This document shows positions 10,861 through 22,699 of a stretch of 64,000 nucleotides of DNA, one piece after another. Position 1 is the first letter of the stretch; every line of letters starts with the position of its first letter. The translations under genes were made by a program, and so were the position numbers. Source of the stretch: Podarcis liolepis (lineage: Eukaryota); assembly GCA_965112155.1 (NCBI GenBank), contig OZ218099.1. One strand, written 5' to 3'. Under the pieces are notes generated by a model. It saw nothing but the letters and a program-made list of their open reading frames with translations, made no database searches and was not told where the DNA came from.

Positions 10861-11171
10861 GAAGTTCTGTCTCCTTGCAGTGCTCTGGTTTTTGCAGAAT
10901 TCCAGTACTCTGACGAGGCTGGATACTGAAGGAGACCCAGACTGGAATGAGATGGATGTGGGAAGACTAGGTTCAGCATTGGACAGTGATGGTGATGGAG
11001 TGCTTTGCAGGGCATAGTAACCTTGCCTCTAACAATTACTCTTCCGTGAATTCTAATGTACTTCTGGAAATCAAATTCCTTGCCAGATAGCAAATTTCCA
11101 GTGATGTGAATGTGTGTGGGGGGGTGGGGGAGAATAATATATGCAGCCAAAAGATCAAAAGTTTGCAGAAG

Positions 11172-11753
11172 ATCTGGTACGCAGGGTGAGACCCTACCTG
11201 TCCACAGACTGTCTCACCAAAGTGGTGCATACATTGGTTTTCTCCCGCTTGGACTAATGTAATGTGCCCTACGTGGGGCTACCTTCCAAGGTGACTTGGA
11301 AACTACAGCTAATCCAAAATGTGACAGCTAGACTGACGACCAGGAGTGGCTGCTGGGACCATATAACACCAGGCCTAAAGTATCTTCACTGGCTCCCAGT
11401 ACGTTTCCGAGCACAATTCAAAGTGTTGGTGATGATCTTTAAAGCCCTAAATGGCCACCGCCCAGTATACCTGAAGGAGCGTCTCCAGCTCCATCGCTTA
11501 GGTCCAGCTCCGAGGGCCTTCTGCTGGTTTCTTCACTGAGAGAAGTGAAGTTACAGGGAACCAGGCAGAAGACCTTCTAGGTAGTGGCGTTGTCCCTGTG
11601 GAACGCCCTTCACATGTCAAGGAGATAAAGAACTTTTAGAAGACATCTGAAGGCAGCCCTGTATCAGGAGGTTTTTAATGCTTGATATTTTTAGATATGC
11701 TGTAAGCCGCCCAGAGTGCCTGGGGAAATCCAGCCAGATGGGTGGGGTATAAA

Positions 11754-11790
<37 letters not shown>
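11172..11790 (+). mobile_element. 5'-truncated L2-clade LINE
   Basis: SRLD*CN..YVGLP...KLQLIQN.TARL...DHITP.L..LHWLPVRFRAQFKVLV..FKALN is the L2 ORF2 C-terminus. 3' end TGTAAGCCGCCCAGAGT...GGGGTATAAAT plus (ATT)n tail. Confidence 0.85.
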
Positions 11791-11792
<2 letters not shown>

Positions 11793-12530
11793 GAAGCTTC
11801 TATCAAAAATTGGGAGGGGGTTGTATAAGGTCTGTGTGCCAAAATACCATTGCTTAAACTCCTTGGGTTTCATCTTTCTCAGCCTAAAAACTATACATGC
11901 AGGATGGGTTTCTATACAGTTTGATGACAGTTTCAACCTGCTATACCTGCAGGGCTTTAGTTCAGTGAAAAAACAAGGGTTTCACCTTAATGCACAAACA
12001 GATTTATACCTACATATCATTGCCTAGAGATCAGCTCAGTTGTTACCACAGGGCTGTGTGCTTTTGCTAACACCCACACATAAATCAAATACAACCACAA
12101 AATGCAAATTCTGTAACCGGAATGCACCATGCAAATTGGGCACATTTAATTGTGTAAACTTAGTGTGAAGCATTCGTGTTCTACTTCCGCAATTCAGATT
12201 TTGAAATAATGGTGGGAGGGGAAGGGCCTGGCCATGTTCTACAGCTTTAGTGGCCAGTGCTGGCGCCACCATGAAGGCACATCATCGCTTCTTCTTCCTC
12301 TGAATCCTTGAGAGGGTTTTCCCCCAGCCTTGTTTGGGCATCCTTTTCACAACTGCACACACCTTTTCCCATCTGCCCGGCTTCTGTTGCCTGCCAGCAG
12401 TTCTCAATTTCTTTCCTTAAACTTAGTTCCAAGACACCTTTCTAAGAAAGGCTCACTTAGTTACATGTTGTTGTTTACAAATATTGAAATATTGAAACAA
12501 AAAAATACTGTTAATAAAGTCAAATTGTCA

Positions 12531-12581
12531 GGAAGGAAGGAAGGAAGGAAGGAAGGAAGGAAGGAAGGAAGGAAGGAAGGA
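12531..12581. repeat. (GGAA)n microsatellite
   Basis: Directly visible. Confidence 0.95.
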
Positions 12582-12624
12582 ATTTACTTTTCCAACTTGC
12601 TATGGGTGGAATAAAGGTATTCTA

Positions 12625-12960
12625 TTATTTGGTTGGTTGATAAGTTTATACCCTGACCTTCAACAGATTTCCAGAGCCAGCAGGATGCCTAATGAAAAGT
12701 TAAAATTTAGAGTAAAGGAAATGAAAACACAAACATTAAAAGAAGAACAAGACACCACAGGATAAATGAACAGTCAGCAGAATTACAAACAAATGAGCAG
12801 CACAAAAGCAATGTAGAAAGGATTAAAAAGCCTCTGGAAGGGAGGGGGTAAAAGGTATTTCCCTTGAACCAAAATGGTATCAAGGTAAGTGACTGGCAAG
12901 ATCCTCAGGGAGGGTGTTCCACAGTTGAGTGTCACCACCTTTCTGTTGCAGCCACCTGGT
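12625..12960 (-). mobile_element. Decayed L2-like 3' fragment
   Basis: TTTATACCCTGACCTT terminus and CAGGGAGGGTGTTCCACAG (reverse of an LWN.LP-coding motif). Confidence 0.45.
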
Positions 12961-13028
12961 GCACCTAGAATGTCAACAGGAATCCAAAAAAAAGACAACC
13001 ACTTAAGTTCCTAGATTAAATGTTACAG

Positions 13029-13166
13029 CAAAGGAGAGGGAAACTGTAACCTGCCAGACGTTGTTAGAGTTCAACTCCCATCAGCTCCAGCAAGCATGGA
13101 CAATGGTCATGCTGATGGAAGTTGTAGTTGAGCAAGATCTGGAGGACCACTGGTTCCCCTCCCCTG
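13029..13166. mobile_element. hAT-type palindromic MITE, diverged
   Basis: CAACTCCCATCAGC...GCTGATGGAAGTTGTAGT arms, ends in CCCCTG. Confidence 0.6.
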
Positions 13167-13299
13167 GTTCCAGGAAGGTTTTCTTGTCTGTGTGGTTGGT
13201 CTCCCTGAAGTTCTCTTTTGGCCGGAACTAGCTGATACGCCAACGGCTAGATTCACATCTACCATTTCTTAGGTTCCCCCATTCAAGACCCACATTGGG

Positions 13300-13857
13300 T
13301 AATTGGAAAGGAAATTATGTTCCAACCAAAGAAGAATGGTTGAATAAATTAAGCGAATACTTGGAATTAGCAAATTTGACTGATTTGATAAGACAAAAAC
13401 AAAAAAATAATAATTCAGAAACAATGGAAATGTCTAAATGATTATTTATTTAGACAAGGATTAAGGTATTGGTTGTGTTTAGAATAGATTTATGAAAGAT
13501 TTAGAAAATTTATTGATTAGAATATTTGTGTGAGATTGTATGGGAAAAATACAGAATAACAGACACAATCTTGCTTAAAATGTATATAGGAAGTGCAGTG
13601 TAAGCGGTGGAAGTCAATCAATGAAATTTTATTATTATTTTCATATTAAGATATTTGTAGAATAAATTTGGAAGAAATTCTTCCAACTTTTCTTCTTCTT
13701 TTCTCTTTATTTCTTCTTCTTTTTGCTTTTCTTTTTTCTCTCTTTTGTTCTTTTTTCATGTATATATGCTTATTTGAAGTGTATATGTGTGTATGTATTT
13801 GCAGTGTTTTGCTTATATTTCGTAACAATTATGTTAAATAAAATTAAAATTTAAAAA
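13300..13857 (+). mobile_element. 5'-truncated L1-clade LINE (ORF2 C-terminus and 3' UTR)
   Basis: NWKGNYVPTKEEWLNKLSEYLELANLT...W motif of non-mammalian L1 ORF2 ends. AATAAA then an A-rich tail. Perfect 15-bp TSD AAGACCCACATTGGG at 13285-13299 and 13858-13872. Confidence 0.8.
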
Positions 13858-13978
13858 AAGACCCACATTGGGCTTCCATGCTGCTGACATGGTCGCAGCT
13901 ATAGCCAGCTAGTTCCTGCCACCCTTATCTTTCCAAAACTAGTACAGAGAGAATACCTCAGGTGGGCAGGAGCGAGGG

Positions 13979-14519
13979 ATAGAATCATAGAATCATAGAG
14001 TTGGAAGAGACCACAAGGGCCATCGAGTCCAACCCCCTGCCAAGCAGGAAACACCATCAGAGCACTCCTGACATATGGTTGTCAAGCCTCTGCTTAAAGA
14101 CCTCCAAAGTAGGAGACTCCACCACACTCCTTGGCAGCAAATTCCACCGTCGAACAGCTCTTACTGTCAGGAAGTTCTTCCTAATGTTTAGGTGGAATCT
14201 TCTTTCTTGTAGTTTGGATCCATTGCTCCGTGTCCGCTTCTCTGGAGCAGCAGAAAACAACCTTTCTCCCTCCTCTATGTGACATCCTTTTATATATTTG
14301 AACATGGCTATCATATCACCCCTTAACCTCCTCTTCTCCAGGCTAAACATGCCCAGCTCCCTTAGCCGTTCCTCATAAGGCATTGTTTCCAGGCCTTTGA
14401 CCATTTTGGTTGCCCTCCTCTGGACACGTTCCAGTTTGTCAGTGTCCTTCTTGAATTGTGGTGCCCAGAACTGGACACAGTACTCCAGGTGAGGTCTGAC
14501 CAGAGCAGAATACAGAGGG
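13979..14519 (-). mobile_element. Young 5'-truncated CR1 LINE
   Basis: Uninterrupted [20 protein letters not shown]...[12 protein letters not shown]...[11 protein letters not shown]...WNLLP...FKQRLD to the stop at 14057. (ATTCTATG)n tail. Confidence 0.95.
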
Positions 14520-15936
14520 GAGCAGGGAGGACCCGATTCTTGCTGGAATTGTGCATGGTGGCTTTTATGCCCCTGCCTCTCATCCAGGGGCCAGAAAGGC
14601 ATGATTACACCAGGAGCAGCATAGTAGAAATGAAGGCACAGAGCATGGAAAAGGTCTCAGGCCCTCTGGAATGACTTCCGTCCTGTCAGGCTTATGGGGC
14701 AGAGATCCCATTTCAGTTATCTGGGAATTTCAAACAGAGGCCTAAAATACGCCCTAAACTCCAATCCACGTCCTCAATCAATTTAAAAGTAGAAGTTTCC
14801 CGGCAACCCTAGTTCCTTGCATTCTTGTGGTTGTTGGCACTTATTTTTTTTAATGGAAAGGAGAAGATGCATTTGCTCATGTTAAAGTATTTAAATTTAT
14901 GCCCTTTACTAACAATGACCTTTGTCCAGCATGGAAACTGACCTTAAAAAATTAATCTACACGTCAGCTAAATTAGGGAAGCCATTTAAAACCAATCACA
15001 GGGTAAACCATCTTTTAATCAAGTCTACATGTATTCCAGACACATGCGCGGCCCAAGAGGACATCTGATTCATAATATTGATTATTGATTAAAACTCTTA
15101 ATTTTTGATTTTTAATTAGAAAGCAAGTTTCTAGCCATGTTTGTGAGAAAGACATACAAACATTCAGAGGTGCTTTCTGACTTGCAAAGCAGTGGAGCTG
15201 TCCATTCTCAGCCAGATCAGAAGTTAGGCTGGCAATGATTGCCCCATTGTCATCTCTGAGCTTTGCAGCCGAGGATTTGAACCCAGGCCTTGGTCCAAAG
15301 ACAACACTTGAAACACCTGCAGGCTGGATTCACCAAACCGGCCCCATCGGCAGAAGAACTGCACAAGGACTTCTGCTTGAGCAACAGGGCTTTCTCCCTC
15401 TTCTCCTCCTGCAGCTCCAAAGTTGGTTTGGCGGTGGAGGAACCCCCAGAACAGCATACAGGGGGTGCAGATGGAATGATTAGAGGAACACAACGTTGGA
15501 ATTTTACCCTGCGTCTTTATAGAAGAAGACTAGAAACGCAGGAAGCAAAAGAGCACTTTAAAGCCAAATGCTATAAATAATCTAAAGAAGGTTTCAAAAT
15601 TTTCTAGTTTCTATACCCCACCCCATGCCACCCAACTACGGTACCTTTTGAGCCCTTGTAAAGTCCCTGCATCAACATATCTTCTCAGGTTCTCTTCTGT
15701 AAAGCTAAAATAAAGATTGATAACCAGAGCAGGTGACCAGAGCATATGTCCCTGATACCTGTGTGGCTCCAGGAGTCAGCTCCATGCTCGTTTCTTTACT
15801 CTGGTAAGCATTTCAAGTTTAATTTAGGGCACATCTAAATTAAACAAGAAAACCAGGTGGGAAAACTGAAAGCCGCTTAAGGAATCTGCCTGCCCCCAGC
15901 CCAGCATCAATTTGGTGCAATTTAAACTGAATTAAG

Positions 15937-16198
15937 TGTGGGTGGTGCTGTGGGTTAAACCACAGAGCCTAGGTCTTGCCGATCAGAAAGTCGGCGGTTC
16001 GAATCCCCGCTCCAGCGGGAAGGTAAACAGCGTTTCCGTGCGCTGCTCTGGTTCGCCAGAAGCGGCTTAGTCCTGCTGGCCACATGACCTGGAAGCTGTA
16101 CGCTGGCTCCCTTGGCCAATAAAGCGAGATGAGCGCCGCAACCCCAGAGTCGGCTATGACTGGACCTAATAGTCAGGGGTCCCTTTACCTTTACCTTT
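15937..16198 (+). mobile_element. Sauria SINE with internal deletion
   Basis: Same head and (ACCTTT)n tail as 7794-8140. Lacks the segment between the B box and GCTCCAGCGGG. Confidence 0.9.
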
Positions 16199-16839
16199 AA
16201 GCCTGGTAAGAGTGTGTGAACCATCCCGAATCTAAAAGCAGCCTACAACTACGGACCTAACTACCCAGAGGCATAGAAAAGCTTGCGAGTCTTCAGAAAC
16301 TCAGAAAAACTTTTTTAAAAGGGGGGGGGAAGGGGTGGAGGAGAGGAAACAAAGCAGATGTCCTTCATGATGAAGAACATCAGAAAGGTATTTGAAATCA
16401 CCCCTTGCCCTAAGCTAACAGGGCACCTTTCCAAAGAAAGGCAGGCAAAACGGGTACATTGACCTTTTCCATATGAAGGTAGGCATGAATAGGACAATAC
16501 CCAGGCACGTCACCTTCCTTGCCCCAGATGACTAACCTTGCACCCAGCCGGAATGCAATTAAATACCCACATACTTCTCCATGTGGACACGATGCTCAAG
16601 ACTTCAGCTCACAGACAAGGTGCTCTGGGGCATTTCTCTTTACAGTGGTGGAGTCCTCTGCCATGGGCTGAGGACAGCCTCTCTGGGCCTCAGCTACAGA
16701 ATCAGTCTGAAACTTCCTGCTTTGCCCCCATAGGAGGTCTATGAGGTCTTCTGGCATTGCAGAAGGGAAGGGAAGGCAAGGCAGATAATGTCACCAAGAG
16801 ACATTTCGCTGGGGCAAATGCATGTACGGTAAATATATA

Positions 16840-17040
16840 CAGTGGTACCTCGGATTACAGACGCTTCAGGTTACAGACTCTGCTAACCCAGAAATAGTAC
16901 CTCGGGTTAAGAACTTTGCTTCAGGATGAGAACAGAAATTGTGCGGTGGTGGCAGCAGAAGGCCCTATTAACTAAAGTGGTACCTCAGGTTAAGAACGGA
17001 CCTCCAGAACGAATTAAGTTCTTAACCCAAGGTACCACTG
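16840..17040. mobile_element. pogo/Tigger-like MITE
   Basis: TA|CAGTGGTACCTC ... AGGTACCACTG termini, internal GGTTAAGAAC repeats. Same family as 54703 and 60664. Confidence 0.85.
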
Positions 17041-17717
17041 TGTACATATATATATATGGGGAAAACATATTAATAGCCTCTTATTAAATCTGGACTCTAT
17101 GGCTTGAGATCTGTCAAGCCAAAAACATCCTCTTGCTGAGCATTTGGGGCCTGCCAAGTGGTAGGGAGCCTACCACTTGTGCAGGCCTGGGCAGGCAAGA
17201 ATGTCTCCTCTTCCATGTGAGTGGCTTCAGAATGGTGAGAGGTTGTGGGAAATGAGCCCCATATCACCTCTTGTTTCAGAAATCGAGCCGGCATGAATTC
17301 CCTTCTGTGCGCGAAGGACCAAGCTGTGCAACAGGGGTGCCATGAGCTCAGAATGCGAGCTTTAACGTTGAGAGGTGAGCAACAAGAGAAGATGATAAAC
17401 GGTTGGTCCCAGTGGGACAGGAAGTGATACCGCCAGGTCTTGTTCCAGTCCCTGCGGCGTCCGAGCAACAGGTAATGAGACATCCAAATCTGTATTCTTA
17501 CTCAGGGGCAAGAGAGAGGGTGGAGAGGAAGGGATCTAACCATAGTTCTTCAATGTAGGCATGGTGTGAAGGTAGGCAAGGGCAAAACAAGGTCAAGGAA
17601 ACAAGGCATGTAGGAAGAGAAACAATGCACAAGATGTTAGAACCAGACTTCAGTCTTGTCTTCCTAGAGGGTCATTTGCATAAACACTATTCCACTATTC
17701 CCTGGAATTATCTAGAG

Positions 17718-17945
17718 CAGTGGTGTCCAAACTTTTTTCAAAGAGGGCCAGATTTGATGAAGTGAAGGGCCATGGGAGCCAACCAAAGGGCCAACCAAGG
17801 TTGTTGACCTTTTTTAAAGGATTGAAGTTGTCGAGCTTTTAGTGTTTTTTAGGATTTTACCCCAGGAAATAAACTGCCACAGGGACCGGATTAAATCGAT
17901 CGGTGGGCCGGATTAGGCCCCCAAAACAGACTTTGGACATGCTTG
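17718..17945. mobile_element. hAT (Charlie-like) MITE
   Basis: CAGTGGTGTCCAAA / TTTGGACATGCTTG termini. 8-bp TSD ATCTAGAG at 17710-17717 and 17946-17953, matching the NTCTAGAN target preference. Confidence 0.8.
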
Positions 17946-17953
17946 ATCTAGAG

Positions 17954-18095
17954 CATGTATGGAGGACTTGTTTGGTCCACCAGACCAGATACTGTTGGAC
18001 TCCAAATCCCATCAGCCCCAGCCAGCATGGCCAATGATCAGGGATGATGGGAACTGTAGTCCAGCAACATCTGAAAGGCCAACATCTTGAAGGCA
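17954..18095. mobile_element. hAT-type palindromic MITE, diverged
   Basis: TGTTGGACTCCAAATCCCATCA...TGATGGGAACTGTAGTCCAGCA arms. Confidence 0.65.
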
Positions 18096-18178
18096 TTCAT
18101 CCAATGCAGTGTCAGAAGACTAGGTTATAATATACTCTAAGAATGGAGCATCATTGGACATGGACACAGCCACACACG

Positions 18179-18450
18179 GTGTTGTTGTTTAGTCATGTCC
18201 GACTCTTCGTGACCCCATGGACCAGAGCACGCCAGGCACTCCTGTCTTCCACTGCCTCCCGCAGTTTGGTCAAACTCATGCTGGTAGCTTCGAGAATGCT
18301 GTCCAACCATCTCGTCCTCTGCTGTCCCCTTCTCCTTGTGCCCTCCATCTTTCCCAACATCAGGGTCTTTTCCAGGGAGTCTTCTCTTCTCATGAGGTGG
18401 CCAAAGTATTGGAGTCTCAGTTTCAGGATCTGTCCTTTCAGTGAGCACAC
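18179..18450 (-). mobile_element. BovB (RTE) LINE 3' fragment
   Basis: LKLRLQYFGHLMRREDSLEKTLMLGKMEG.RRRG.QR.RWLD...LRE.V.DR.AWRA.VHGVTKSRT is the canonical BovB C-terminus. (CAA)n tail. Confidence 0.95.
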
Positions 18451-18510
18451 TGACAATCCTCTAATATCACATTCCCCAGCAGCCAGCTGCCTTTGTGACT
18501 GCAGTATTGA

Positions 18511-18720
18511 ATTTTATTTTATTTTATTTTATTTTATTTTATTTATAGCTTGCCTTTCTCCCAGTGCAGGACTCAAGATGGCTCATTGCATAAATTAAAA
18601 CAGATACAGCTAAAGCCACACAATTAATATAACACATTACAAAACAATTAAATAAAGTAACTGATTTAAAAACAGTGCTGAAAACATTTAAAAGCACACA
18701 CAAAATCCATTCGTTTGAGA
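18511..18720 (-). mobile_element. L2/SINE-type 3' end with (TAAAA)n tail
   Basis: (TTTTA)n followed by TTTATAGCTTGCCTTTCTCCC...GGACTCAAGATGGCT. Confidence 0.45.
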
Positions 18721-19099
18721 GCAGTTTCACTGGAATGCTGCAGCACAGCTCAAAAACAAGTAGGCATGGCCATTGATTGGCTTTTATGGAACTTCATATT
18801 GACCCATTGATACCCACAAGTCCAGGTACCATTTTCATTACAAAGTGGCGGATTTCAAACGAACCAGATGAAAATATTGCCCCTTATTACAGGCCTAGGG
18901 TACTCCCTGCTACAAGACTGAACTCTTGCATGTGTGTGGAGGGAGGGGGCGCTGGGGAGGGAAAGGTGGAAAGCCGTGTCCTGAGGGAGTTTGTGACGAG
19001 GCCAGGCTGGCTCCTGTGCTGGCTGCTTCTGCAACTCTTCTGATGTCGATGACCTTCCAGGCATGAACAGACAAAAGAGGCTGAGGAAGGAGCCAGTTG

Positions 19100-19881
19100 G
19101 GAGCTCCCGGTGTCTCCCCCCCCCCGCCCCCTTGGAAGGAAAAAAGTGCAAAATCCACTAGATTCATCCAGCTCTTCCACCGGGCCATTGTTATGTCTGT
19201 GGCGCTGGGAGCAGCCGCGGAGTTTGTAAACTCATCTCCAGACAAGGACGGTGATATGGGAGGTGCGGGGGGGGGAGAGAGAGAGCGGCGAGGAAGAAGA
19301 AGGGACGGCAGAAAAGAAACTTGAAAGTAAATGGCGAAGCTCTGGACAATATCCCTCCTCGCCTCCCTCCGGCTCTTGCAGGGTGTCTTCTGTAGCTGAA
19401 ATTGCGAGTCTTGTGGGGGAGGGATTTAATTGAGAGGAGCCTGCTGCTGGGGCGGTGAATGGGAGCTTCTCTGGCTGTTGTGGAAGTACGTGTGGCAGAT
19501 AGGCTGTGCAACACACGCACAGAAGGAGCCAGGGAACGCAAATCTCGGTTTCCTCTTCTGGTTTGGAACGCGGAGGTGCTGGGATTTCCTCTGCTCACTC
19601 CACCCCCCCTGCACGCGCGCACACACACTCCCCCGCGCTGCTTTTGCAGCTGCAACAGGGACGTTACTTTTGTCTTTAGTCCAACAGATCCTGCTTGGGG
19701 TCCCCCCCCGCCGCCTTCCTCGCTCCCTCCGCCTTCACTCCCCCTCTCCTATGTGTGTGTGTGTGTGTGTGTGTATGCATGTCTGTTGACGAGCTAGATA
19801 GCGCCTGTCTTCTAATAGAGGCGGAATGTAGCCGGCTCCAAAAGAAAACTTCTCATTTTGCGCATGAATATTTTCTTTATT

Positions 19882-19913
<32 letters not shown>

Positions 19914-21031
19914 CCAAAGTGTGGTACATTGAGAGAGTCCCTCCCCAACACACACACATATCCAAAAAAGCAGGGGTTCCGATTGCATTTCTTGAGCCAG
20001 GGAGAAAATGCCACTTTGCACTAAAAAAAAAGTCAGGTAAATCTCCGAAGCCCAAGCCGCAGATTCAAAATAAAATACAGCGAGATAAAAAGGGGGCGGG
20101 TGAGAGGGAGTGGAGAAGATGTGCGTGAAGTAGGATTGGGGGCGATTTCGGAAACTCCGGCAAGCCCCTTGCTCTCCCTTAGCACATGCCTCAATTGTAC
20201 AGGGATCGCGAGAGGGTAATGAATAAATGGTTCGGATCATATTTGCCTCCGGAGACTATAAACTGTGCTGCTCTCCTCCCCACCCCCCCACCCCACCCCG
20301 AGCGCGCTCCCTTCTCACACCCAGCACCGCAACCAACAAGAAAATCCTGTCTCGCCCTCCCCGCCCCCCACCCCGCCGCTCCAAACCATGGAAAAAAAGG
20401 CCAGCGAGTAGCAGCAGCAGCAATGGCGTGGAAGAAGTGGGGGGAAAGAGATTAGATTTCGCTTCTCTCTCATCAATTTTCTGTTTAATGTCACTGGTCT
20501 CCATTGTGGGAGAGAGAGGCACGTCATCCGGCCATAAATTTGAGATTATAGAGCCTCCAGCTCCGTCTTGGTGCCCTAATTGAATGGATTTACTCCACAC
20601 GGGCAAGTAGGAGGGGAGGGGGACCTCGGAGTGGGAGCAGAAGACTCGCGACTAAATGCCAAAATCGTAATAATAATAACAACAACAGCAACTGCAGCAG
20701 CAGCAGCCAGAGAGAGGACTGTGCCGTCGCCGTAAAAAGCAAATCCTCAAACGCCTCGGCGGCGGTGTGGGGGAAAAAAAAGAGATCTGTGATCTTGCGC
20801 GCACACATGCAAAAACCATCTCCAGTTTCCGCTTTCTAGAGACAGAGAAAGAAAGGAGCTCCGGGGAAAGGAGAGGGGGGGGAATCACCTGTATTCTAAT
20901 ATTGGCGTTTTCCAGTCCACGACTTGGATATCTCCAGTGGGCCCCCCTTTTTTTTACAGTGAAGTGGATTTTTTGTTTGTTTGTTCCTGCGGTTTGTTAA
21001 ACAGAACTTTGACCCAGGAAAGCAGCGATCT
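19100..21031. promoter_or_regulatory. CpG island / distal promoter module A with a candidate non-coding exon ending at 21031
   Basis: CpG-rich. ATTGG at 20135-20139 next to a GGGGCG box, CACGTCA at 20520-20526, and a consensus donor T|GTAAGT at 21032. Confidence 0.55.
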
Positions 21032-22699
21032 GTAAGTAATTGTTTTGTCTCGATTTGTTCTCATTGTTTGTATTTGTGAAGTTTCTCTCGCCCCCCCCTT
21101 TTTATTATTTTTAACGCGTTCTCTTCTTCTGTTTTCCTTCTCATTAACTGCCGCATGAATGGAGATTTAATTCCAAAGCGGGAGGGGGGGAGGAGAGAGA
21201 AATGTCGCCTTCTGCTTCCCCCACCACATGGCAAAAACATTCCAACTCGCCCAGCCCCTGCCTGCCACTTTTGTACATCTCTCTTTCTCCCCCATCTTGT
21301 AACTCAAGAAGCTCCTTGCAGATTTCTCCTTCAAAACCTCCACGCGCGCATACCCAGCCGAAATCCCCCTCAAAAGGAAAACAATTCATACATGAAAAAT
21401 ATATATATATCACAATGCCCCTCCCTCCAAAATGCAATTTTGCTCTGTATTTACTTTGGCGCTGTAAAGGAACTTTATTCATTGAGGAAGAGTGTACAAT
21501 TTATTGCCCCCAAGTTACGGTTTTGTGTTTAAATGTGCGGGGGGGGGGGTTTACACACACACACCTCCACTTAAAATGCCCGCACCCACAAAAGAGAGGG
21601 ACAGGGCTTCACACATCCTTTTAGAAAACCCGAGTTGGTTCCCCGTAGCGGTATCACCTCGCTTCTCAATAATTTTGAAATCGGGCTGCTAGGAGATAGC
21701 CCACACCGTTTTGCAAGGTTGCGTGGAAATGGACATTTCTTCGCCTCCTCTTTTTTGTTAACTTTGTAAACAACAACAATAAAACTAATGTGATGCCCTT
21801 GAATAGAACTGTCTTCAGTTTAGAAGGGGGCAGGAGGGCTCCCCGTTTAAAAAAGATTAATAAGGGGGGCATTTTGCTTTTGAAGCGTACCAGCAGTCTG
21901 AGCTACAAAGACTTGGCTTAGAACAAAATCCGCGGCGCCTCCACGTTGTTGCAGGAAGGAAAGTAGAACCCCCTTCCAAACGTTGGCCGAGACTCGCAGG
22001 CAATGTTTTAAAGATAGCCTTTGAATCGAAACGCAAATCGCCCTTCTCATAATCAAAACCCCGATTTAAAGTTGCTTGCAAAAGCATTTTTTTAAAAATA
22101 AAAAACCCCCCTCGCTTCCCAATTGCCACACTCCCAAGTACCGGACTTTTTCTTTACGCCCGTTTTTAAGCTTGGCTCCCTGCGATCTGCTTTGTTCAGG
22201 CCTCGCTTTTGTTTCCCGCTCGAAGAGTAAGAAACTGAGCAATAATCCGATGCATGTTTATTCACAAGTAATTTCGATAAGACTTACTCCCTCGTCCGGG
22301 TGCGGGCCTTACTCAGCACCCCATAGGCAGCACCGGGGCGCTTACTCCTGAGTAAACATGTGCAGGGTTGCGCCGTGAAAAGAAATCTGTGAAATCTAGT
22401 GCCTCGGACAAAAAAGGCTTGCTCAGAGACCCAGGAGTTTCTGCACGAAGAAAAGCATTAACTTTCTGTTTTTCTGAAGAGGCCAAAAAGCATGTAGATG
22501 TGCATCTGTGTTATATTTTAAAGTCCCTTGTTTCTTTTATTTTCTCTTCCTCCTCAAATCAAATTATCTCTGGACCTCGCCGCGCGAGAACCTATCGATG
22601 TCTTTGCAAATTCGGTATAGAAAGTATATTTGTGCTAGTAAAGAGATAGATTTATTTAACGATTTTTAATTAAAGGGATTGACTTTTCTGTTAACAAAA

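Noticed and set aside
14057-14602. 181-aa ORF as a host gene
   Set aside because: It is the CR1 ORF2 C-terminus fused by chance to flanking sequence.
22312-22334. REST/NRSE site (TCAGCACC...GGCAGCACC)
   Set aside because: The right half-site and spacing do not fit the RE1 consensus, and the region overlaps a probable repeat relic.
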